A stretch of 64,000 bases of DNA from an uncultured delta proteobacterium (lineage in GTDB: Bacteria; Myxococcota_A; Polyangia; Polyangiales; Polyangiaceae), in assembly GCA_963696385.1 (NCBI GenBank), contig CAVOKF010000007.1, positions 256,001 through 320,000 on the forward strand, in the 5' to 3' direction. The notes beneath the pieces were generated by a model that worked only from the letters and a program-made list of their open reading frames with translations, made no database searches and was not told the origin of the DNA. Positions 21,157 to 31,249 of the stretch are shown here, piece by piece (the stretch's first letter is position 1; the number at the start of each line of letters is the position of its first letter). The translations under genes were made by a program, and so were the position numbers.

Positions 21157-23409
21157 TCAGGCCGCGTGGGTTCGTTCGAAGAACTCGGGGTCCGTGGCGC
21201 GAATGACTCCGTGAACGTCGAGCAGATCGGTGACCTTTCCTCCGATCACGGCAGACCCGATGACGCCGTGGCTTGCGGCCCGCATCTCTTCGGTAAACGA
21301 CTCCTCGACGATATCGAGGATTCGGTCCACGACGAGTCCGACGCTGCGCCCCAGCTCGGAGTAGACGATGACTTGGAGCGGGACATCGCCGTCGCCCGGG
21401 CCGTGGTCCATCGTGCCGCAAAGATCGATGAGCGGCAGGATGCGCCCCCGGTACTGCATGACATAACGGCCGCTCGATCGCTCGAGGCGCTCGCGCGGAA
21501 ACTCCTCGAGGCGAGCGACCATCGACAACGGAATGGCCATGCGGCCCGCTTCCCGGACGCGAAACAGCAGGACGGCTCGCCTTTTCTCCTCTTTGTGGCC
21601 TTGGTGGCCGGACTCCTTCCGGTCGTCGGCAAGATGGCGATCGCGGACCTCGGAGATGACGTTGGCTCTCTGGGCGATTCCAAGCACGTCCAGGATGAGC
21701 GCCACGCGTCCGTCGCCCATGATGGTCGCGCCAGCGAACACCGAGAGCCCCTTCAACTCCTTGCCCAGCGGCTTGACGACAATTTCCTCGGTATCGCTCA
21801 CGCCGTCGACGACCAGGCCGAACTGGCGATCGTCGGCCTGCAGAACGACAATATTGAGGGCTCCCGAATCCGCGAGATCTTTGTCGGGGAACCCCAGCGT
21901 CCGGTTGAGGAAAACGAGCGGCAGGATGTCGCCGCGAAGACGATACACAGGTGCGCCATGGACGTGCTCGAGGACCGTCCTGGCTTGCTCTCGCTCGAGG
22001 CGCACCAGCTCCAACAGGTTCACTTGCGGGATGGCGAAACGCTCGGTGTCGCTGGTCACGACGAGCGCGGGAATGATGGCCAGCGTGAGCGGAATCTTGA
22101 TCTTGAGCGTCGTGCCCTGACCGGCTTTGCTCTGGACGTCGACGGTGCCGCCGATTTTTTCGACGTTGGTCTTGACCACGTCCATGCCAACGCCCCGACC
22201 GGAGACGCTCGTGACCTTCTCGGCGGTCGAGAGCCCGGCCAAGAATATGAGGTTCAGGCTCTCGCGGTCGCTCATCCGGGCGGCCCGATCCTGCGCAACG
22301 AGCCCGCGCGCGACCGCCTTGTCCCGGATCTTCTCCGGGTCGATCCCCGCGCCATCGTCCGAGATCTCGATGTTGACCTGACCCCCTTCGTGGTAGGCGC
22401 GCAGAAGAAGCTTGCCGTAAGGAGGTTTCCCGCGCGCGATCCGCACCTCGGGAGTCTCGATACCGTGGTCGACGGAATTGCGGACCAAGTGCGTCAGCGG
22501 GTCTTTGATCGCTTCGATGATCGTACGATCGAGATCGGTCTCTTCGCCGATCATGTCGAGTTTGACTTGCTTGCCGCAGGTCACCGCGAGATCGCGAACC
22601 ACGCGCGGGAACTTGTTCCACACGTTGCCGATGGGCTGCATGCGCGTCTTCATCACGCCTTCCTGCAGCTCGGTGGCAATGAGGTTCAAGCGCTGCGAGG
22701 TGCCTACGAACGACGAGTCCTTGCTCTGTCCGGCGAACTGCAGAATCTGATTGCGCGCCAGAACGAGCTCGCCGACGAGGTTCATCAGCTTGTCGAGCAG
22801 CCCGACGTCGACGCGGATGCTCGTGTCCGAAGCGGCGGCGCGCATTTCACGCTGTGCATGCAAGGCCTCCGAGATGGCCGACGCGTTGTGGACGCTGCCT
22901 CGGGAAACGAGGATTTCGCCGATCTTGCGGGGGTCCTGCTTCTGCTGCTCGAGAGCCTCTTCGAGATCCTTCGGTCCGATGACTCCCGCCTCGATCAGGA
23001 TCTCTCCGATGGGCTGCACGCGCACCGCGCCAAAGGACTCGAGTCTCGCACGGAGAGAAGAGTAGTCCTCCGACCCCTCGCTCCGGGTCGACTCGACGCA
23101 TTTCAGAATGCGCCGGACGCCATCGACCATCGCCAAAAGCGTCGAAGTGATCTCCGGCGTCAGTGTCAACTTGCCGTCGCGGATCTTGCTGAGGACACCC
23201 TCGCCCCCGTGAGCGAGGTCCTCCAGCTTGGATAGTCCGAGAAAGCCCGATGTGCCCTTGATCGTGTGAATGGTACGGAAGATGGCCGCGACGCGATCGA
23301 TTGCACCGGGACTGCTTTCGAGCGCGACGAAGTCGCGATCGAGCCGGTCCAGATTCTCGGTGCTCTCCACCAAGAATTCGCGAAAGATCTCTTCGTCGCC
23401 GACCGCCAT
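21157..23409 (-). CDS. cheA: Histidine kinase CheA with two CheW-like domains
   Basis: Hpt IFRTIHTIKG; IRVDVGLLDKLMNLVGELV; HLVRNSVDHGIE; DDGAGID; SGRGVGMDVV; ATG at 23409. Confidence 0.96.
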   Translation of the reverse strand: MAVGDEEIFREFLVESTENLDRLDRDFVALESSPGAIDRVAAIFRTIHTIKGTSGFLGLSKLEDLAHGGEGVLSKIRDGKLTLTPEITSTLLAMVDGVRRILKCVESTRSEGSEDYSSLRARLESFGAVRVQPIGEILIEAGVIGPKDLEEALEQQKQDPRKIGEILVSRGSVHNASAISEALHAQREMRAAASDTSIRVDVGLLDKLMNLVGELVLARNQILQFAGQSKDSSFVGTSQRLNLIATELQEGVMKTRMQPIGNVWNKFPRVVRDLAVTCGKQVKLDMIGEETDLDRTIIEAIKDPLTHLVRNSVDHGIETPEVRIARGKPPYGKLLLRAYHEGGQVNIEISDDGAGIDPEKIRDKAVARGLVAQDRAARMSDRESLNLIFLAGLSTAEKVTSVSGRGVGMDVVKTNVEKIGGTVDVQSKAGQGTTLKIKIPLTLAIIPALVVTSDTERFAIPQVNLLELVRLEREQARTVLEHVHGAPVYRLRGDILPLVFLNRTLGFPDKDLADSGALNIVVLQADDRQFGLVVDGVSDTEEIVVKPLGKELKGLSVFAGATIMGDGRVALILDVLGIAQRANVISEVRDRHLADDRKESGHQGHKEEKRRAVLLFRVREAGRMAIPLSMVARLEEFPRERLERSSGRYVMQYRGRILPLIDLCGTMDHGPGDGDVPLQVIVYSELGRSVGLVVDRILDIVEESFTEEMRAASHGVIGSAVIGGKVTDLLDVHGVIRATDPEFFERTHAA

Positions 23410-23750
23410 GCGTCCGCCCCCCTTGGCCCCTTTGGGGAGCCCTTCAGTCCCCCCTCGTGACCGAGAAACCGCCATGGAGGACGGCTGCGTTCTGCCGGCA
23501 CATAAGCTTTTTCGTGCGCATCCACCCAAAAGAGGCGACCAATGTAAGCCAATGACGTTTCACCTGAAACGGTTGCGCGAAGCGTCCTCGCCCAACGTTG
23601 GGATGCGCGGCTCGCCGCGTGAGCTCGCTTCACACGAGGACGCCCGAGGCGTTGTCCAACGGGCACAAACGTGTTGCACAACGAACTATTGAACCTTCTC
23701 GGCCCGCATGCGACCGTCGCCCCCGTCCTTCAACGCGCAAAGGGGTTCCA

Positions 23751-24764
23751 ATGAAAAACGCTTTGTGGATGCACGTCGTCCTGGCGGCCGGGATTTCTAC
23801 GATCTCGGCACCCGCCCTGGCGTCCTCGGCCGTGGGCACCGTCTCGAGCTTCACCGGCAATCTCGCGAACTCGCCGTGCGGCAGCCCCGAGGGCCTTACC
23901 ATCGACTTCGAGGGCAATTTTTATATTGGATCCTCCCAGACGAAATCGACGGGCGACGTTTGCCAGGTATTGCCGAACGGATCGCTCGGCCACATTTACG
24001 CGATCCCCCCGGGGCCTGCCGGAGTCGTCTCTTTGCTCGGCCTGCTCTACGAGGGACCGCACAGGCTGTTTGCCCTCGACTTCGCGGATTCGTTCGAGAA
24101 CCCGACCCATACCAATGGCCGCGTGCTGTCCGTCGACACGGATAGCGGTGCGGTGACGACGGTCGCCTCCGGCTTTACGTTTCCGAACGGCATCGCGGAG
24201 GACTTGCGCGGCTATTATTACGTAGCCGACTCCTTCCAAGGTTCGGTCACGCGCATCTCCGCCGACGGCTCGAGCAAAACGTTGTGGTCCGCAAGCCCCC
24301 TGTTGCTGCCCGGCACCGGCTTTCCGCCTCTCGGCGCCAACGGCATCGCGTTCGACCTCTTCTTTCAGAACGTGTACGTGTCCAACACGTCGAATCACCA
24401 GATCATTCGCATCCCCGTCGAGTTGGACGGAAGCGCGGGCACCGAGGAGGTCTTCGCCGACGGCCCGACGATCGACGCGAAGCAAGGCACGACGAACGCC
24501 CTGGCTGGCGCGGATGGCATTGCATTCGACCTTTTCGGCAATCTGTACGTATGCGCCAACCAGGCCAACCAAATTCAGGTTATTTCGCCGAACGCAGAGC
24601 TCACGGCGCAATACACGAGTTCGACCGTGACGCTGGACAACCCCGCATCGCTCGTCTTCCTCGGCAATCGGCTGTTCTTCACGAACGCCTCGATCTTCGA
24701 CGGGGGCGTGAACTCGGCCGTCTTCGTGCTCCAGACACCGTCGTTCGGTCTGCCTCCTCTGTAG
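23751..24764 (+). CDS. Secreted SMP-30/gluconolactonase-family beta-propeller protein
   Basis: Signal peptide; PEGLTID, FPNGIA, GANGIAFD, ADGIAFD..GNLYV repeats. Confidence 0.85.
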   Translation: MKNALWMHVVLAAGISTISAPALASSAVGTVSSFTGNLANSPCGSPEGLTIDFEGNFYIGSSQTKSTGDVCQVLPNGSLGHIYAIPPGPAGVVSLLGLLYEGPHRLFALDFADSFENPTHTNGRVLSVDTDSGAVTTVASGFTFPNGIAEDLRGYYYVADSFQGSVTRISADGSSKTLWSASPLLLPGTGFPPLGANGIAFDLFFQNVYVSNTSNHQIIRIPVELDGSAGTEEVFADGPTIDAKQGTTNALAGADGIAFDLFGNLYVCANQANQIQVISPNAELTAQYTSSTVTLDNPASLVFLGNRLFFTNASIFDGGVNSAVFVLQTPSFGLPPL

Positions 24765-24919
24765 AGTCGGAGAGTATCCGATTCGATGACGCCCGCGCGA
24801 AGTTCGGCGCCCACATCCGGTTCAACGATCCGGTGGGGGCGTCGAATGGGGGCCGCCCTTGGGTCGCCCTTGGCGGATCCCTGCCAAGATGCAATGCTTG
24901 GACCGGGGAAGGTGACGCC

Positions 24920-25369
24920 ATGAACGGCGCGCTCGATGCAGAAGAGATTGAAGAGCTCTTGCTCGGCGAAGTGCTGGGTCGCGTGGGCTTCGTGGCGGAA
25001 GGCCGACCGTATATCGCTCCGGTGGCCTACGTGTACGACACGAAGTGTTCCTTCGTCTACGTCCATTCCACGACAGGATTCAAAGTGCGTGCAATGCGTG
25101 CCAATCCGGGTGTCTGCTTCGAGGTCGAGCGGGTTCGCGATATGGGCAACTGGCGCTCGGTCGTCGCCCAGGCCCGCTTCGAAGAGCTGCCGCCCGACCG
25201 CGAAGAGCTGGCCATGGCGGTTCTCGTCGCTCGCCTCGGCCCCGCAGACCCGGATCCGAAATACCTGGCGGATCGACGTGGTGCGATGCAAACGAAGCAC
25301 GGCGTCCGGCGATCCATCCTTTATCGTCTGCATTTGTTCGAGAAAGTCGGCCGATTCGAGCGAACCTAA
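24920..25369 (+). CDS. Pyridoxamine 5'-phosphate oxidase-like FMN-binding protein (NimA-like)
   Basis: GRVGF..GRPYIAPVAY, GFKVRAMRANPGVCFEVE, NWRSVV..A.FEEL. Confidence 0.85.
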   Translation: MNGALDAEEIEELLLGEVLGRVGFVAEGRPYIAPVAYVYDTKCSFVYVHSTTGFKVRAMRANPGVCFEVERVRDMGNWRSVVAQARFEELPPDREELAMAVLVARLGPADPDPKYLADRRGAMQTKHGVRRSILYRLHLFEKVGRFERT

Positions 25370-25538
25370 TCCAATGGAACAGGTCACGAGATGGGCATCC
25401 GCACGAGGCGAGGGTCCGTCGGGGAAGGCGGCCGGTCCTGGATACCCCACGGAACCGCCGGGTCGAGCGTGCTCCGGGCCATGCGGTGCCGCGCCATCGA
25501 CCTCAAGACGCGCCTCGCCCGGTTGAGAAGGGCGAACC

Positions 25539-27602
25539 ATGGACACCGTTGAGACGCTGCGCGCAGCGCTGGAGCATCATCGTCAAGGCCAGCTCGGCCA
25601 GGCCGAGCGCATGTGCCGCCAAGTTCTGGCCATTGCGCCCCATCGGTCTGACGCACTCTTCTTGCTCGGACAGCTCGCGCTCGAAACGAACCGCGCTCTG
25701 GAGGCCTCGAGACTTTTCGCGCGCGCGGTGGCTCTCGCACCGGCCCACGCGGCCGTTCGAGCCGGCCTCGGCGAAGCGTTTCGGCGGCTGGGTCGTCCGG
25801 ATGAGGCGGGCGCGGCCTTCTTCGCAGCGCTTGCGCTGCAGCCGGACTTGGCCGAAGCCGTCTTCCACCTGGGGCTGCTCTTTGAAGAGCTCGGGCGGGC
25901 CGACGACGCGCTCGGGTGCTTCCGGCGGGCCGCCGAGCTGCGGCCCGACTCGGCAGCGATCCAGGCGCGCGTCGCTGCGGCTCGCAACAAGGTCGCCGGA
26001 TCCGGAAAAGTCTCATGGCCCGTGGGTGCGGCCGCGGCGTCGGTCCTTGTCGAGGTCGCGACGGCGCTTCGAGCGCGCGGCGACCACGACGGCGCGGTTG
26101 GCCTGTGCCGCCGGGCGCTCGATCTTCGGCCTCGCTTTCCCGAGGCCCTCAGCGTGCTCGGCGCCGCCCAGACCGAACTCACGCTGGTCGACGAAGCCAT
26201 CGCGACGTTTCGGCGGGCGCTCACGCTGTCGCCCGATTCGGCCGAGTTGCACGCGAATCTGGGGACGGCACTCGCCGCGGCGGGGCTGATCGACGAGGCG
26301 ATCGAGTCGACACGCAAGGCCTTGGCCCTCTCCCCGGCCCCGCGCACGCGCGCCAATCTCGTATTTTTCCTGCAGTTTAGCGCGAGCGCGAGCGCGACCG
26401 ATATCTTGGCCGAAGCCCGCCCCTTTCAAACGCAGTTCGGCGCCGCCCTCGCGGCCGAGATTCGACCCCATGCCAACGAGCCGTCGCTGTCGAGACGCAT
26501 CCGCGTCGGTTACGTCTCCCCCGATTTTCGCGATCACTGCCAGACGCTCTTCACCGCTCCCCTGTTCACCCATCACGATCACGCTCGCTTCGAGATCTTC
26601 GGATACTCGAGCGTAGCGGCCCCCGATCTGGCCACGGCCCGACTCGCCGGGGCCTGCGACCGATGGCGACCCGTGCACGGTCTCGACGACCCGACGCTGG
26701 CCTCGCGCATTCGCCAAGACGGCATCGACATCCTCGTCGACCTGACGATGCACATGTCCCAAGGCCGACCACGCCTATTTGCGAGCAAGCCGGCCCCCGT
26801 GCAAGTGTGTTGGTTGGCGTATCCCGGAACGACGGGGCTCGACGCGATCGACGCTCGAATCAGTGACCCCTACCTCGACCCGCCCGACGCCGATCTCGAC
26901 GTGTACTCCGAGAAGACCGTTCGGCTGCCCGAGACGTTTTGGTGCTACGACCCGCTCATCGAGGGCCTGGACGCGGGTCCGCTTCCGGCAGCCGCTCGCG
27001 GCGCGATCACGTTCGGGTGCCTCAACAACCCGATGAAGATCAATCGGCACGTGCTCGCCCTCTGGGCACGGGTTCTTCGCGCCGTCGGCGGCTCGAGACT
27101 GGTGGTCATGGCGCCGCTCGGGACGACGCGCAAGCGCATCGGCGACGCCCTCGGCGAGGCGGGCATCGACCGCCGCCGGGTGGACTTCGTCAAGCGACGC
27201 GCTCGGCCCGATTACCTCGCGCTCTACCGAGACATCGATCTATGCCTCGACACGTTTCCGTACGGCGGTCATACGACGAGCCTCGACGCGCTCTGGATGG
27301 GGGTGCCGGTGATCACCCTGGTGGGCGATCGGGTGGTCGGGCGGGCGGGTTTATCCCAAGCCATGAACCTCGGTATGCCGGAGCTCGTCGCGAGAAGCGC
27401 TGACGAGTACGTCGCGAGAGCGAGCGATTGGGCGCAAGACGCGGGCCGCCTCGAGGCCACGCGTCAAACGTTGCGTGCCAGAATGCAGAGCTCGCCGCTG
27501 ATGGATGCCGCCCGCTTCGCTCGCCATCTCGAGGCTGCGTACCGCCAGCTGTGGGCCGACTGGGTCGGCGCTCAGTCGGCGAATTCGAGCCGGAGCGGAT
27601 GA
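25539..27602 (+). CDS. TPR-containing O-GlcNAc transferase-like protein (GT41/SPINDLY family)
   Basis: N-terminal TPRs; RVGYVSPDFRDH, DILVDL, KPAPVQVCWLAYPGTTG, FGCLNNPMK, LDTFPYGGHTTSLDALWMGVPV. Confidence 0.92.
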   Translation: MDTVETLRAALEHHRQGQLGQAERMCRQVLAIAPHRSDALFLLGQLALETNRALEASRLFARAVALAPAHAAVRAGLGEAFRRLGRPDEAGAAFFAALALQPDLAEAVFHLGLLFEELGRADDALGCFRRAAELRPDSAAIQARVAAARNKVAGSGKVSWPVGAAAASVLVEVATALRARGDHDGAVGLCRRALDLRPRFPEALSVLGAAQTELTLVDEAIATFRRALTLSPDSAELHANLGTALAAAGLIDEAIESTRKALALSPAPRTRANLVFFLQFSASASATDILAEARPFQTQFGAALAAEIRPHANEPSLSRRIRVGYVSPDFRDHCQTLFTAPLFTHHDHARFEIFGYSSVAAPDLATARLAGACDRWRPVHGLDDPTLASRIRQDGIDILVDLTMHMSQGRPRLFASKPAPVQVCWLAYPGTTGLDAIDARISDPYLDPPDADLDVYSEKTVRLPETFWCYDPLIEGLDAGPLPAAARGAITFGCLNNPMKINRHVLALWARVLRAVGGSRLVVMAPLGTTRKRIGDALGEAGIDRRRVDFVKRRARPDYLALYRDIDLCLDTFPYGGHTTSLDALWMGVPVITLVGDRVVGRAGLSQAMNLGMPELVARSADEYVARASDWAQDAGRLEATRQTLRARMQSSPLMDAARFARHLEAAYRQLWADWVGAQSANSSRSG

Positions 27603-27947
27603 GGATCGCTGCCACCTTCGCCCACGGGCGTGACCTGCTCAGGCGCCGCATTTCGCCCTGTCTCGGCCCCGCGTAGCGGTCCGGCGAAAACCTAAACGCG
27701 CATTCAGGTTCGGGCGCCCCGGTTGACTCGACAACGATCGGTGGGCCAGCGGTGTTGCGGCACACTTGCGCGCGACGCGAGTTGATCGGAAGCTTCGAGC
27801 CCGAGACGCCCAGGAGAGCCCATCGTACGAAGTACCGGCCGCAGACCTCACGAGGCCAAGGCCGCCGATCAGGGCCATTCGGGGAGTGAGTATGGACGAA
27901 GTTCTCGACGCCGATGCGAAAAACACTTCGACAGCCGACGTACAAGG

Positions 27948-28328
27948 GTGTCCACCACTCCGGACAGACGATCGTGGAGCGCCCGCGTAGCGCCTCCCAT
28001 TCGAAGGGAGAGCCTCCCAGTGCCACCCCGTTCCCGTAGCAAGCCTCCGGCCAAGATGGGCAGCGGGCCGCCCTCTGGACAGTTCAATAGAGAAGAACCG
28101 CCCACTCTGCCCTTCATTTCGCCGATAGGTGAAATTGAAGATCTAAAAAAAGAAATTGAAGATCTAAAAAGGGAGCTTGCCTCTGAACGCGAACGAGCGA
28201 CTTCGTGGAAGACCCTTGCGCAAAGTAGAGGCCGAAAAATTCGCGGCTTACAGGAGGCCAAGATATCCCTGACCGCACGAATCCGACGGCTGAAAACCAC
28301 CATCCCACCCGCGGCACCCGATAAGTGA
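27948..28328 (+). CDS. Hypothetical coiled-coil protein
   Basis: 126-aa ORF with heptad duplication EIEDLKK-EIEDLKR; locally AT-rich; start uncertain. Confidence 0.4.
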   Translation: MSTTPDRRSWSARVAPPIRRESLPVPPRSRSKPPAKMGSGPPSGQFNREEPPTLPFISPIGEIEDLKKEIEDLKRELASERERATSWKTLAQSRGRKIRGLQEAKISLTARIRRLKTTIPPAAPDK

Positions 28329-28386
28329 CGGCCCTCTGCTCGACTCCGTCGATCGAGCGATAGATCGGCGATTTCGTCCTGCTCCG

Positions 28387-29421
28387 TCAAAACGATCCGT
28401 GCACGCCGGCGAAGCCCGCACCCGCATAGGGCCTGACGGTCAGGCCGGCGGTCGGAGCCCCTGGCGACGAGGCCTTGGCCGTGCCGACGGCGACGGATGC
28501 GATCGCGATCGCCGCCCCAACGCCAGCGAAGCCGAAGAACGCGTTGGAGACAATCGCCAGCCGGTTGGCGGAGTCGAGGTCCTGCGAAGGCCGTCCCGGC
28601 GGGCAACTAAGGTTCGGACACTCGGCTCTTAGCGACGACTTGTCCGACCAGGAGATGGCCCCGCTGACGATTCCGACGAGGAGACCCGCCGTTGCCGCGC
28701 CAAGCCCCGCGTAGGTCAGGGAGCTCGGCGAATGGGATCGCTTCCCCGGCGCTTGCGCGACCCCAACCGCCTCCGGCGGCGCGGACACCGTGGCTCGCGT
28801 GACAGCGCCCGGATCGGCATCCGCCAGGAACATCCTGAGTTGTTTTCGCTCCCCTTCCACCAGGTCGAACTCCTGCCGTGCTTGCACCTGAGCGACTCGG
28901 GCGACGATGACATGATGCCCGGGGTCGATGCTTCGCTCGATCCCCAAGGTCGCAGCGGGCACGACGACGCCGTCGATCGAGACAACGGGCCCGAGGCCGG
29001 AGGCGCTGCTCACGACGGCGGTGAGAGTCGGAACTCGCCCTTCGAGCGCCCCGTCGAGCTCGTCGGCGCGCCGTCTGGCCTCGTTGAAGGGCTCCGGATC
29101 GCCGGGCTTGGGCAAGGTCTTCCGAATGGAGGCGATCATGTCGCGCGCCTCGACGAGCAGCCCGAGAGAGACCTGGGTCCGCGCGACCTCGAGACCGGTG
29201 GTCGGCACGTGCATGATGTCGTCGGCTGCCTGAAAGCACCTCAGCGCTTTCGACTCGTCCCCCTGCCCGCGTAGCTCGCGCCCCTCTTGCATCAGTGCAC
29301 GCGCCGTCTCGCGGTCACCCGCAGTGGGTTGAGCACGCGCCCACCCAGCGGCCAGCGTGACGGCGACTGTGCAAGCGACAACGAGTGCGCCTTTCGAAGT
29401 GGGAGTGCTAGAATCCATCAT
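28387..29421 (-). CDS. Myxobacterial exported helical/PEGA-like protein
   Basis: Signal peptide, ARALMQEG...LG.LVEAR, beta region IDPGHHVIVA, C-terminal hydrophobic segments ending GVHGSF; overlaps the kinase stop. Confidence 0.65.
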   Translation of the reverse strand: MMDSSTPTSKGALVVACTVAVTLAAGWARAQPTAGDRETARALMQEGRELRGQGDESKALRCFQAADDIMHVPTTGLEVARTQVSLGLLVEARDMIASIRKTLPKPGDPEPFNEARRRADELDGALEGRVPTLTAVVSSASGLGPVVSIDGVVVPAATLGIERSIDPGHHVIVARVAQVQARQEFDLVEGERKQLRMFLADADPGAVTRATVSAPPEAVGVAQAPGKRSHSPSSLTYAGLGAATAGLLVGIVSGAISWSDKSSLRAECPNLSCPPGRPSQDLDSANRLAIVSNAFFGFAGVGAAIAIASVAVGTAKASSPGAPTAGLTVRPYAGAGFAGVHGSF

Positions 29422-31060
29422 CGATCCTCGGCTTTCGTGCGGGGGTGAGACCGCTCGACACGGCTCCCGACGACGCCGCGGGTCGCGCGGAGGGCGGTTG
29501 CCGCAGCGCGGCCGTGGGAAACGCTCTGGGCAAGAGACTACCGGGCGGTGGACCCGCGTCGGAACCCCTTGCCGCGCTCGACCCCTGCGAAGACCCGGTC
29601 GCCGCCGATGTGACGAAGGCCAAACGCTCGCTGTCCGAGCCTGCCGCGGCTTGCGCCCCCTGCACCGCTGGGTTCTGGCTCACGGGCAATGCCTCGGCGG
29701 CCACGACCGGCGGTGACGCTCCATACGCCGACCGCACCGACCAGGCGCCGGACGCCGCAACCGACGGAGTGGCCGACGAGGCGCCGGACGCCGCAACGGA
29801 CGGAGTGGCCGACAACCGAAGAGCCGTGGCCGCCGCGGCGCCGACAAGCGACACCGCAAGCGCGGTCGAACGAAGCGACAGTCGGCGCCCTCCGGGAGAA
29901 CGCAACGGCAGCCCCACGGCAGCGGAGCCCAGGCTCCCGTTGGGGAGTGCCGGCTCGCCGGGAGTGGAGGAAATGGGGTCACCGGGGTCGCGGGCGGGGT
30001 TCGGAGCTTCGTGGTCGGTTCGGGCAGGGTGCGTGGGATCGCCCGTACGCCTCGGCGGCCGAAGGCTCTCTCGCTGGGCTGCGGCCTTCAGCCCGCGCTG
30101 CATGGCCTCTTTTCGAGCTGCCGCGCGCGTGACCAGGTGCGGCTCGAGAAACGTCGCCACGGCCGCGGTGTCGGCGACCCACTTCGCCGCGACCATGGCC
30201 GATTCGATCGCTTGCTGCATCGCGGCGGCCGTCTCGAAGCGCTTCTCCGGCTGCGCCTCGAGCGCGCGGCGCACGACGCTCGCCACCGCCTCGTGAACCG
30301 TCGTGAGCGGGGGCGGAGGCACCCCGCTGGTCAAAGCCGACAGAATCTGCACGTCGTTGTCGCGCTCGTAGGGAGCTTTGCCGCTGAGCGCCTCGTAGAG
30401 AATGGCGCCAATGGCCCAGAGGTCGGCGCGACGATCGTACGCGGTGCCCCACGCGAGCTCCGGAGCCATGTACCGCACCTTCCCCTTGATGGTCCCGGTA
30501 CTCGTGTTCCCGCTCAATCGATCGCGGGCCTTGGCGATGCCGAAGTCGATGAGCTTCGCGTCACCGCTCGGCCCCACGAGAATGTTGTGCGGGGACACAT
30601 CCCGGTGCACGACGCCGAGAAGCTGACCCTCCTGCCCACGAAGTTCATGCGCCGCGTGTAGCCCTCTGCAAACGTCGGCCATGATTCGCAGAATGATCGC
30701 GGGCGACCACTTGGCGCCGCTCGCCTTCAGGACCCGGTTGATCGTCGAAAGCGCGTCCCCATCGACGTATTCGATGACAAGATAGGTCACCCCCTGCTGC
30801 TCGCCCACGTCGAGAACTCGGGCCACGTTGTTGTGCTCAATACGCGACGTGATGCGCGCCTCCTCGAGAAACATCGTTTGAAACGACGCGTCGGCTGCAA
30901 ATTCAGGTAAGATCGTCTTGATTGCGACGATGCGTTCGAATCCGTGCTTGCCGGTCTGCCGAGCGATCCAAACGCTGGCCATACCACCGCGCGCGATCGG
31001 ACAAATGAGCTCGTAGCGATCGAGCACAAGTCCGGGCGCCAGCGTGGTCCAAGCCTCCAT
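29408..31060 (-). CDS. Membrane Ser/Thr protein kinase
   Basis: RYEL..PIARGGMASV, VAIK, VHRDVSPHN, DFGIAK, GKVRYMAPE; TM helix then Pro/Ala/Ser tail containing a 36-bp duplication. Confidence 0.93.
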   Translation of the reverse strand: MEAWTTLAPGLVLDRYELICPIARGGMASVWIARQTGKHGFERIVAIKTILPEFAADASFQTMFLEEARITSRIEHNNVARVLDVGEQQGVTYLVIEYVDGDALSTINRVLKASGAKWSPAIILRIMADVCRGLHAAHELRGQEGQLLGVVHRDVSPHNILVGPSGDAKLIDFGIAKARDRLSGNTSTGTIKGKVRYMAPELAWGTAYDRRADLWAIGAILYEALSGKAPYERDNDVQILSALTSGVPPPPLTTVHEAVASVVRRALEAQPEKRFETAAAMQQAIESAMVAAKWVADTAAVATFLEPHLVTRAAARKEAMQRGLKAAAQRESLRPPRRTGDPTHPARTDHEAPNPARDPGDPISSTPGEPALPNGSLGSAAVGLPLRSPGGRRLSLRSTALAVSLVGAAAATALRLSATPSVAASGASSATPSVAASGAWSVRSAYGASPPVVAAEALPVSQNPAVQGAQAAAGSDSERLAFVTSAATGSSQGSSAARGSDAGPPPGSLLPRAFPTAALRQPPSARPAASSGAVSSGLTPARKPRIDDGF

Positions 31061-31249
31061 GAGCCAGCCTAACTATCGCGCATACCGTTCGTTTGCGCGA
31101 GTCCATCCAATGGCGGCTTACATGTGCAGACAGGAGATCACGGATTCGCTGTATTCATACCCAAACCCCCAATCGCCTCCCGGCGATTGAAGGTCACCGC
31201 CCGGCTGATCCCTTTGTTCTGGGGCGGTGTCCTTAGGCCCGTTGCGTGC

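Noticed and set aside
23660..23680. Possible sigma54 promoter GGCAC...TTGC
   Set aside because: Spacing is two bases too long for a -24/-12 element.
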